Part shown: piece by piece, positions 48,612 to 56,130 of the stretch | Numbering within the stretch: the first letter of the stretch is position 1 | Layout: every line of letters starts with the position of its first letter | NCBI GenBank assembly: GCA_049519355.1 | Contig: JBEKQV010000001.1 | Span: 64,688 to 128,687, forward strand | Length of the DNA: 64,000 bases | From: Candidatus Microgenomates bacterium | GTDB taxonomy: Bacteria; Patescibacteriota; Microgenomatia; UBA8517 | Direction of reading: 5' to 3' | Translations under genes and position numbers: made by a program | The notes under the pieces: generated by a model | What the model saw: only the letters and a program-made list of their open reading frames with translations | What the model was told of the DNA's origin: nothing | Databases searched by the model: none

Positions 48612-49948
48612 ACTGTAAAATGGTTCAACGGCGAAAGCTTGCATACTCTGAAATACCATCGCTTTGTCAGATCGAAACGACATATGCGTGCAATCAGAAT
48701 TGCATAGCCTGCTACAACCCGGAACGTACGAAGCTGGGCGATCTCTCAAAAATGGATACCATTGTGGCATCCGTGGCCGAGAGCCAAATACCCCACGTAT
48801 ATCTTATTGGCGGCGAACCAAGCTTGCTCCGCGAAGAACGCCTGAACAAGTATGTAGAGCTTTTAAGCCAACATTCTTCCGTGACAATTGTAACCAACGG
48901 CAGAATCAAGCTCGAAGGTATCTCTCCGAAGCTCGCATGCTTTGGAATACCTATTCATGGCAGCAATGCGGAAACGCACGAACGGTTCACTCAGTCCAAG
49001 GGAGGTTTTCAAAAAACACTGGACACGATTAAGTACTATGTCAGCCAGGGATTTGATGTCAGGTGCATACCTGTTCTTACTGGTTACAACTACAACCAGA
49101 TGTACGACATCATCCGCTTGGCAGTTGATCTCGGAATGGAGTCTGTGTTTGTCGATCGATTCGAAGACGGCGGTCTCGGAGCGCAAAACTTAGCAGTGTT
49201 CCAATCTTTGGAGCCAACGCCTGAGCAGTTTCGGATAGCAGTCGATCAAATCATCGAAGCAAGACACGCCTTTACCAGCTTGGATGGAAAGGTAGGGTTT
49301 GGAACTGCCATTCCGTATTGTCTGGATCAACGCATCATCGAAGAGGGAATCCAAAGCGCATGCGGCGTAGGCACTTCATTTTGTGTCCTATCACCCACGG
49401 GCGAATTCCGAATCTGTAACCAGTCGAAAGTGGTCTACGGAAACGTCCTGGAACAGTCCGTCGAAATGCTCTGGCACAAACGGTCACTAAACGGTTTCCG
49501 GTGTTTGGGATGGGTTACGGAGCCATGTGCGTCTTGCCCGCTGCTCATGGAGTGCGCAGCCGGTTGCAAAGTGGATGTGAACCATTCCGATACGTACTGT
49601 ATAGATTATGCGGTAAGAGGGTTAAAAGGTCCAAGCCAGGAAATTTTGGATAAACTCACTTACCCGGAACCTACGGAAACCTATCCCGAACAGATGCGTC
49701 GGTTCAGAGTCAATAGGTATACCAAAATCACGACGCGTTATAAAACTCCTCTGCTTGTCACCCGTTATCAAACGGTGGAACTCGATGCAATGGCATTGGA
49801 GATGACCCAGGATATCTGCAACGGATTGGCCGTCGATGAACAAAGCCTGATCGGTCAGTTTCAAGAAAAAGTCGAAGTACCGGAAATCCGACGCTTTGTA
49901 AGCAGACTCTTTCAGGTAGACGCGCTTGATCCGAACGGTGAGGTGTAA
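48608..49948 (+). CDS. radical SAM/SPASM domain protein
   Basis: CNQNCIAC Cx3Cx2C; C-terminal SPASM-like Cys cluster (CGVGTSFC...C...CASCPLLMECAAGC); ATGA overlap with upstream gene. Confidence 0.8.
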   Translation: MNCKMVQRRKLAYSEIPSLCQIETTYACNQNCIACYNPERTKLGDLSKMDTIVASVAESQIPHVYLIGGEPSLLREERLNKYVELLSQHSSVTIVTNGRIKLEGISPKLACFGIPIHGSNAETHERFTQSKGGFQKTLDTIKYYVSQGFDVRCIPVLTGYNYNQMYDIIRLAVDLGMESVFVDRFEDGGLGAQNLAVFQSLEPTPEQFRIAVDQIIEARHAFTSLDGKVGFGTAIPYCLDQRIIEEGIQSACGVGTSFCVLSPTGEFRICNQSKVVYGNVLEQSVEMLWHKRSLNGFRCLGWVTEPCASCPLLMECAAGCKVDVNHSDTYCIDYAVRGLKGPSQEILDKLTYPEPTETYPEQMRRFRVNRYTKITTRYKTPLLVTRYQTVELDAMALEMTQDICNGLAVDEQSLIGQFQEKVEVPEIRRFVSRLFQVDALDPNGEV

Positions 49949-49949
49949 A

Positions 49950-51422
49950 ATGAGGATTCCCACCGAAATCCATTGGGAGATCACAAACGCCTGCAACCTC
50001 CGATGCAAAACGTGTATTCAGTTATCAGGGGAACCCAGAGCAGATGAGCTCAGCACGGAAACGATCAGGAAGATCATCCGTACATTTGCCCAACGCCGGG
50101 TTTCGAGGATCTGTTACACAGGAGGAGAACCGTTCAGCCGTAAGGATTTCCTGGAAATACTTTCCGCGACGGTTAACGCGGGAATTGCCGCCGAGGTCAT
50201 TACCAATGCAACCTTGCTGACGCCTAAGACGTTAGATATATTGGCGTCATATAGGGTTGCCCTTGGAATAAGCCTCGATGGTTCACGACCGGAAACTAAC
50301 GATCTAATTCGCGGGAAGGGCTCCTTCACAAAAGCGGTCCTTTCAATGAAGCAAGCAACCGCACGCAACATTCCGGTCCACGTCTATGTCACAGTAACAG
50401 AGTCCAACATCCAAGATCTTGAAAACATCGGAGCACTCGCAATTCAGAACGGCTGTTCGGGAATTCACTTCAGCGAAGTGACTTTGGCCGGACGCGCCCT
50501 AACCTCTCCCGAGGTAATCGCGCTAACGCTAAAGAATCACGACCAGCTTCCTGCGCTTTCCAGTCGGATTGCAAAGAAAATCTACAATGAAAAGCTGGAA
50601 CACCTCGATGACGGATGTTGGATTGATTCCGATTCGGCATGGTATGTGAGAAGCGATGGAGAAGTCTTTGCTTGCAGTGAGATCGGATTGAGGCGCCCAA
50701 AATCCTCACTCGGTAATATCCGATCGCTTGCCTCTCAACACACAGGCATCCGCCCGCAGCCAAAGAGTGATTTCCACAATGGTTGCAGCTACTGCGTTTG
50801 GGCAAGCATGCATGTGACTCTCATCACTAACACATGGTCCATTTGTCCGCTCACAAGCTCAGGAGGCCAAATACGGACACTCCAGGAACTTTATAATGAG
50901 CTTGATACTTTTTACCCAGACATGCGGCAGTTTTGCGCGGAATGTAAGGACCCGGACTGCATGGGATATATCTGGGTACTACCAGAGGAGTCGGACACGC
51001 TAGTCGAATCAGGCGTCCCGATCGTGCAAATCAACGACGGTCCGAATTTTATTCACTCCTTTTCAACCGCAGAGGATGGTAATATAAACGTGGAGGCTCG
51101 ATACCCAGTCTGCAAATACGCAGAAGCCCCCTGCCGCAGATGCGGAATATACAAAAAGCGACCAATGGTCTGCAGACTTTGGCCGATAGGACTGGAAACT
51201 CACGACGGGAAGGTGGTACTTGGATTACACCTTGACTGCCTCTTTGTGAGGTATCTGCAGGAACATGGTTTGGTCCCAGGTTTCAAGCGCCGCGCGCTTA
51301 ACCTGATGACCCGGTTATCGCCAGACCTGAAGGAAGCGATTGCTTCGACCTATTTTGCGGTTGACGCGATTGCTAAATTTCCAAATGGCGAAAACCGGTA
51401 CTTAATCCTTCAGGAATTCTAG
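49950..51422 (+). CDS. radical SAM/SPASM-twitch protein with extra C-terminal Cys-rich (YkgJ/UPF0153-like) domain
   Basis: CNLRCKTC Cx3Cx2C; auxiliary Cys clusters; C-terminal CKYAEAPCRRCG...RPMVCRLWP; start refined to ATG 49950, 2 nt after the previous stop. Confidence 0.75.
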   Translation: MRIPTEIHWEITNACNLRCKTCIQLSGEPRADELSTETIRKIIRTFAQRRVSRICYTGGEPFSRKDFLEILSATVNAGIAAEVITNATLLTPKTLDILASYRVALGISLDGSRPETNDLIRGKGSFTKAVLSMKQATARNIPVHVYVTVTESNIQDLENIGALAIQNGCSGIHFSEVTLAGRALTSPEVIALTLKNHDQLPALSSRIAKKIYNEKLEHLDDGCWIDSDSAWYVRSDGEVFACSEIGLRRPKSSLGNIRSLASQHTGIRPQPKSDFHNGCSYCVWASMHVTLITNTWSICPLTSSGGQIRTLQELYNELDTFYPDMRQFCAECKDPDCMGYIWVLPEESDTLVESGVPIVQINDGPNFIHSFSTAEDGNINVEARYPVCKYAEAPCRRCGIYKKRPMVCRLWPIGLETHDGKVVLGLHLDCLFVRYLQEHGLVPGFKRRALNLMTRLSPDLKEAIASTYFAVDAIAKFPNGENRYLILQEF

Positions 51423-51441
51423 AGGAAAGGAGGATGCCAAC

Positions 51442-51519
51442 ATGTCCAAGTGCAAAGCTGTGCTTGACAGCAAGAAAATCAAGAAGATCGTGGTCAAGAA
51501 GGCCCCGGCCAAGAAGTAA
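51442..51519 (+). CDS. candidate 25-aa Lys-rich small peptide
   Basis: MSKCKAVLDSKKIKKIVVKKAPAKK; RBS AGGAAAGGAGG 8 nt upstream; followed by strong terminator; not in 60-aa ORF track. Confidence 0.35.
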   Translation: MSKCKAVLDSKKIKKIVVKKAPAKK

Positions 51520-51587
51520 GCTCGGCGCATCACACAAAGCTGTGATGTTTCCCTTGCCGATAAGCTAAATTGACCCGGGTCGCGATT

Positions 51588-51631
51588 GGGTAGTACCATT
51601 TTGAACGTAAAATGGTACTACCTTTTTTTTT
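51588..51631 (+). terminator. rho-independent terminator of the rSAM operon
   Basis: perfect 14-bp stem GGTAGTACCATTTT/AAAATGGTACTACC, 6-nt loop, then TTTTTTTTT. Confidence 0.7.
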
Positions 51632-51709
51632 GGCTAAAATTGTTAATATTAAAATCTTGATCAAGTTTAATCTCCCTACATTACCCATTATTCGTCGCAT
51701 TTTTGAAGC

Positions 51710-51760
51710 CAAGCTGAGCATCATGGTCTGGAACCGTTCGATCCCATAACCACTTAAATA
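51710..51760 (+). repeat. intergenic repeat family copy C
   Basis: core 51713-51752 identical to copy A core. Confidence 0.7.
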
Positions 51761-51806
51761 GCAGCATACATCTCAAAAATACGAATTTTTGCTATATAAT
51801 ACAGTC

Positions 51807-52442
51807 ATGGAACAGGCAAGTGGGCAGAATCCAATTGATAATCTTGAAGAGTTTCTGACAAAAAGCGGTATAGAATCGACCTCGATGTCTTTTGACATTG
51901 TCTTTAAAGGTCTGAAGTACGACTGGGAAACAAATTTAACAAAAGATAAACCAAAATCATTGGACGAATTTTTAAAAACAACTATATACAATGCCGCGGC
52001 AAAGAGAATCGGTTTGCAAAAACAAGCTGGTACTGATTTGGGACAACACGGATTAGAAATACCAATTTCTCAAGAGGAAGCTCCTGACGCTTTTTATATG
52101 GAGGTTTATCACTGGGAAAATGTCAGAGGCGCGGAAAAACCAGAACCGGTTACTTCAAGAGTTGTAACACTTACCGGTATTCCTCAGCTTGAAAGCGAAA
52201 AATCTTTAGAATATCTAAAACGTCTTTCATCTGAACAAAAAGGAACTTATAGCGAAGAGGAAAAAGAAGGTAAAAAAACTATAAAATTTGAGGCTCCCAT
52301 ACAAGGTATGCCAGATTTTAAGACGGTGGTGAAAATAGAAAGTGTAAAAAACGAAAAAGGATATAACTTAATGGAAATTGCATTAGATGTAAAAATTCCC
52401 TACGAGGCTATTAGTGGCTGGCTAACTACAAAGTCAAACTAA
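51807..52442 (+). CDS. hypothetical protein
   Basis: 212 aa from ATG 51807 (track ORF starts at TTG 51789); TATAAT at 51795-51800 only 6 nt before the ATG suggests a leaderless or very short leader. Confidence 0.35.
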   Translation: MEQASGQNPIDNLEEFLTKSGIESTSMSFDIVFKGLKYDWETNLTKDKPKSLDEFLKTTIYNAAAKRIGLQKQAGTDLGQHGLEIPISQEEAPDAFYMEVYHWENVRGAEKPEPVTSRVVTLTGIPQLESEKSLEYLKRLSSEQKGTYSEEEKEGKKTIKFEAPIQGMPDFKTVVKIESVKNEKGYNLMEIALDVKIPYEAISGWLTTKSN

Positions 52443-52563
52443 GCTTTTCAAGATTATTTCTCCGGACAGCGAGCGTGTGGTACGAATGTTTGAGTTAAAA
52501 AATAGAGGTTTTGAAGGTATTTTCGGGCTAATCTGGGCTTCACGGTCACTGGGGTGCACGTGT

Positions 52564-52637
52564 TGGCTGCGGGACAGGGATTTGAACCCCGATACCAGCC
52601 TCCAGAGGGCCGTGTCCTACCGTTAGACGATCCCGCA
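52564..52637 (-). tRNA. tRNA-Gln (anticodon CTG), CCA encoded
   Basis: reverse complement TGCGGGATCGTCTAACGGTAGGACACGGCCCTCTGGAGGCTGGTATCGGGGTTCAAATCCCTGTCCCGCAGCCA; U1-A72 pair typical of bacterial tRNA-Gln; anticodon loop CTCTGGA. Confidence 0.8.
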
Positions 52638-52669
52638 ATGTACAAGGCTATTTTAACACCTGGAAGTAT

Positions 52670-53074
52670 TTATTTCCGAGAAAGAATGAATTTTTGGATC
52701 AAAGGATCAACATCAGACGTAAACTTATTTAACACTTCTTTTGCATCAACCCATTCAATTTCTGCAATTTCGTAAGCCTCACCTATAGCAGCCACCGGGC
52801 TCCCCTTTAGCTTGCAGTCGAAATACACAACCTGAACAAAAGTATTCGGGTGTTTTCTCTCCAAAAGTCTTTTAACAACCTCCACGTCTAAGCACACCTC
52901 TTCTTTTACCTCCCTAACAACAGCCTGCTCTTCGGTCTCTTCCCCCTCAATAATTCCGCCCGGAAACGCCCATTCCACCTTAAAAGAAGGCAACTTCCTC
53001 CGGATCAAAAGGAATTTCCCTTTGTCCGAAATCAAGGCCAAAACAACCTTTTTTGGATGAAAAGTAGGCTCCAT
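52670..53074 (-). CDS. NUDIX hydrolase
   Basis: Nudix box GGIIEGEETEEQAVVREVKEEV. Confidence 0.8.
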   Translation of the reverse strand: MEPTFHPKKVVLALISDKGKFLLIRRKLPSFKVEWAFPGGIIEGEETEEQAVVREVKEEVCLDVEVVKRLLERKHPNTFVQVVYFDCKLKGSPVAAIGEAYEIAEIEWVDAKEVLNKFTSDVDPLIQKFILSRK

Positions 53075-53101
53075 GGCAATATTTAAGCGTATTATACTAC
53101 T

Positions 53102-53374
53102 ATGTGGTATGTTTACATTCTTTCATGCAGCGACGGAAGTTTTTACACAGGCATCACAAATAACGTTGCCAAAAGATTTAAAGACCACCTTAGTGGCCGT
53201 GGCGCCAAATATACCAAAAGTCACAAACCGGAAAAAGTAGTTTATCGGGAAGAGTTTTCATCCAAATCGGAAGCTTTAAAACGGGAAGCCGAACTCAAAA
53301 AATGGCCAAGGGCCAAAAAAGATGTTTTGATAAGATCAAGATTTTCTACCACCAAAAAGACGCCTATCGAGTAA
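53102..53374 (+). CDS. GIY-YIG nuclease superfamily protein (UPF0213-like)
   Basis: WYVYILSCSDGSFYTGITNNVAKRFKDH...KYT...RE..LKKW GIY-YIG motifs. Confidence 0.75.
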   Translation: MWYVYILSCSDGSFYTGITNNVAKRFKDHLSGRGAKYTKSHKPEKVVYREEFSSKSEALKREAELKKWPRAKKDVLIRSRFSTTKKTPIE

Positions 53375-54198
53375 AGTGCGCCCATGACCACGTCGATAAA
53401 ATAGTGTTCACCAAGGTATATCACCGCAAACCAAACCCCCAGCATATAAGGCAGAAAAATAATTCCGGCCTTTTTACTCCATTTGTAAAGGTATAAGAAA
53501 ATTATGGTCGGAAATGCTGCGTGAAGAGACGGCATAGCCGCAACAGCGTCTCCGCCAGCCAGAGACAGAATCGACGGCAACGTTATATTAGATTGAAAAA
53601 AATGTGACATGACAACCCCGGTAACTTCCTTTATGGGAGGGATATAACCCAAACCGCTGGCCATCCACGGAGGCATTGCCGGGAAAATAATATAAGTAAC
53701 AAATGCTGCATAGGAAACCCCTAAAATTCCGAAAGTATATTTTTTGAAAAATTTTCTGTCCTTTAGCCAAAAGTAATATCCGACAATCATCGGAGCTACA
53801 AAATGGCAAATATAAAGAATAACGGCAACGTAGTCATACCACATAAGACGGTTGGGATTATAAAGCAAGGCCTGAAGTTGAACTGTCGGGATGAAACCAA
53901 AAATAAATTTATCTATATTAATCATTGGAAAAATATGGGCATGATTACTAATAAAAGGAACAAGTCCCCTTAAAAATTCATATCCCAGATAAAAAAGAAT
54001 AAACGGCACCCAGTCTTTGAGAAAAAGCCAGGCTCTTCCTATAAAAACTGTACCGATTAACCCAAAAACAAAAAACTGATCGGGGGAAAACCAAATCCGA
54101 TGAGAGATCATATAGACACATACAATCAAAATATAAATAAGCGTTACTATCTTTACCGCTCCGAAGCCGCGGATTTTCTTCAAAAGATTTTTAACCAA
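53242..54198 (-). CDS. PAP2-like (PAP2_3/AUR1-like) polytopic membrane protein
   Basis: PSLHAAF and GEHYFIDVVMGA resemble PAP2 motifs 2 and 3; about 8 TM; 3' end overlaps GIY-YIG ORF by 133 bp. Confidence 0.5.
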   Translation of the reverse strand: MVKNLLKKIRGFGAVKIVTLIYILIVCVYMISHRIWFSPDQFFVFGLIGTVFIGRAWLFLKDWVPFILFYLGYEFLRGLVPFISNHAHIFPMINIDKFIFGFIPTVQLQALLYNPNRLMWYDYVAVILYICHFVAPMIVGYYFWLKDRKFFKKYTFGILGVSYAAFVTYIIFPAMPPWMASGLGYIPPIKEVTGVVMSHFFQSNITLPSILSLAGGDAVAAMPSLHAAFPTIIFLYLYKWSKKAGIIFLPYMLGVWFAVIYLGEHYFIDVVMGALYSIGVFLVVENLDLIKTSFLALGHFLSSASRFKASDLDENSSR

Positions 54199-54279
54199 TT
54201 TAAAAAATTATATTTTTGAAATCTGAAAATTTGATGAAAAGTTTCAATCCGAACTTGATAGTATAATTGTTATAACAAA

Positions 54280-54948
54280 ATGAAAACAGTTAAATATGTA
54301 CTTTTGCCACTAATAATTCTTATCATCGGCTTTGCCGCTGGCTTTACTTTTTTAAAAATGAAAAATGCCGGCAATGTTGTTATCTTAACACCACTGCCTA
54401 TTATTAAAACTTTCCCCTCGCAGGCTTCCTCTTTCTCGCTGGAAAATGCACCAACTGAATCTCTCAGGGGTCAGATAACGGCGATGACTGGTGAGATTGA
54501 TTGGACCGGAAGAACCGCAACCGAAGCCGCAAAAATTTCTTCACCAATTACAATCCAACAAGGCGAAGAATTAACTACGGGCAAGAACAGTAATCTGTCT
54601 CTTGTATTTACAGGTGCCTGCATGGTGAAACTTTCACAAAAGACTGATATCCAAATTATTCAGACATTGCCTGCAAATATTGTTTTTAATCAGGTGGAAG
54701 GAACCGCCGAGTTTATTAAGACAGGGAACAACGCAATTTCTGTAAGGGCGCTAAATCTTTTGACAGAAATTAATGGGGACGTCACTGTTTCAATAAATCC
54801 AGCAAAACCGATTATCACTTTAAGTTTAAAATCTGGACAAGCAACTGTAGCTTATAACGATCTAAAAGATGTCAGTCATGAAGTTGAAATTTCCGCGAGG
54901 CAAACCTATACATTTAATTCTGGTACCCGGCGAGGGGTTCTAAGATAG
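54280..54948 (+). CDS. hypothetical membrane-anchored beta-rich protein (possibly FecR-like)
   Basis: N-terminal TM then a segment rich in alternating hydrophobic/polar residues (beta-strand-like by eye); weak. Confidence 0.3.
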   Translation: MKTVKYVLLPLIILIIGFAAGFTFLKMKNAGNVVILTPLPIIKTFPSQASSFSLENAPTESLRGQITAMTGEIDWTGRTATEAAKISSPITIQQGEELTTGKNSNLSLVFTGACMVKLSQKTDIQIIQTLPANIVFNQVEGTAEFIKTGNNAISVRALNLLTEINGDVTVSINPAKPIITLSLKSGQATVAYNDLKDVSHEVEISARQTYTFNSGTRRGVLR

Positions 54949-56113
54949 TTTTTCCTTCATAACCCAGAGCCCAAAGAGCAATCCCCCCCAGAGAATTATC
55001 ATTGGCCAGATTAACCTTAAACTGAGTCGCGTTTTTATCGGGATAAAAAATTTGCTGGTACGTTCCCGTTGCCGTTTTGTAAATAATATGAGATTCCTCA
55101 TCTGTACTATCGAAAACAGCACTACAGGAGGCACAACCGGCTAATAAATCCTCCGCTCTTTGGTTGCTTATAATCAAACTTGTTCCAGGAATTACAGCCG
55201 AACGCGGAACATCCCCGATTGTTTCCCATTCATACCCGTATAAAGGAATCCCCAAAATAATCTCCTGGGACGGCATCATTTTTAAAGCGGCTTCTACCGC
55301 AGTTTGAGTATCAAACTCCGAAATAGTACCTGCCCCGAGACCCGGAGCGACGGGACCGGTTACAAACGAAACAGAACTATGATAATCATAAGCCATAAGA
55401 ATAATTTTATCGGCAATGGGAGCAAGAGCCACAGGATCGGCCAAATTCGTATCTTTAACAAAGGAAATCGCACTTATATCAACACTTAACGTTCCAGCTT
55501 TTGCATTAACCAGGTTTGCTTTAATATCTTTCACAAATTCCGTAAAACTCAATCTTGCCGCAGGTGAGGCATCCTGAGTTTGTTCAACATCCAGGTTTAA
55601 ATCAGTAAAACCATACTGCCTCATTATCGGAATAATATCTTGGGTTAGATTATTGGCGGATATAGCGGGGTCTTTCAGCATTTCACTAATATCACCATCG
55701 TTTCCACTAAAGGCGGTTATTGAAAGATCTTCGCCTTTCGCTTTGGCGGAATCTAAAAAAGGATCAATTTTCCCTTGCTGAAGTGCAAGATACCCAGGTT
55801 CACTCTCGCCCGGCCCGGTATATTTTTGAATAGTTCCGTCTTTGTCTACTGTTAAACTAAAATAGGTTAGATTCGTAACATACTTTGAATAATCCGTTTG
55901 GGCTTTATCGGTAAGCCAATACGGCAAAAACCCTAAGACTTCTTTTTGAGGAATAATAATATCGGCAATAGGTATATTTTTCTTTAAGGTTCTTGGAAGA
56001 AAATATTTGTAAACCAAAAGAAACGCAACCAGGATTGCCACCAATACTGTCACTAAAGCCAAAACACTCTTCCTGGACATACTGCAATTATATAATGAAA
56101 AAGGACAAGACAA
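54914..56113 (-). CDS. glycoside hydrolase family 18-like (chitinase-like) membrane-anchored protein
   Basis: GFTDLNLDVE (DxxDxDxE-like catalytic motif), MAYDYHS, GIPLYGYEW pattern of GH18 TIM barrels. Confidence 0.55.
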   Translation of the reverse strand: MSCPFSLYNCSMSRKSVLALVTVLVAILVAFLLVYKYFLPRTLKKNIPIADIIIPQKEVLGFLPYWLTDKAQTDYSKYVTNLTYFSLTVDKDGTIQKYTGPGESEPGYLALQQGKIDPFLDSAKAKGEDLSITAFSGNDGDISEMLKDPAISANNLTQDIIPIMRQYGFTDLNLDVEQTQDASPAARLSFTEFVKDIKANLVNAKAGTLSVDISAISFVKDTNLADPVALAPIADKIILMAYDYHSSVSFVTGPVAPGLGAGTISEFDTQTAVEAALKMMPSQEIILGIPLYGYEWETIGDVPRSAVIPGTSLIISNQRAEDLLAGCASCSAVFDSTDEESHIIYKTATGTYQQIFYPDKNATQFKVNLANDNSLGGIALWALGYEGKTILEPLAGYQN

Positions 56114-56130
56114 CTTTGATATAATTTAGT

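Noticed and set aside
51434-51568. Alternative 44-aa reading frame (MPTCPSAKLCLTARKS...) overlapping the 25-aa micro-ORF
   Set aside because: Its ATG abuts the Shine-Dalgarno with no spacing; the 25-aa frame has ideal 8-nt spacing, so it is preferred, though neither is proven.
41603-51760. Repeat family as tRNA 3' fragments or att sites of an integrase-mediated island
   Set aside because: - The GTTCGATCC-like stretch looked T-arm-like, but no acceptor/T-stem complementarity can be drawn.
- Copies are not adjacent to the tRNA genes.
- No integrase is present in the window.
41603-51760. Repeat family as integron attC sites (cassette array)
   Set aside because: - No intI or attI nearby.
- Flanking genes are on both strands.
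- The repeats are shorter than attC sites and lack the imperfect palindrome pairs; kept only as a loose analogy.
52454-52645. 63-aa ORF overlapping tRNA-Gln
   Set aside because: The sequence is a canonical tRNA (cloverleaf, CTG anticodon, CCA); the ORF is a frame artefact.
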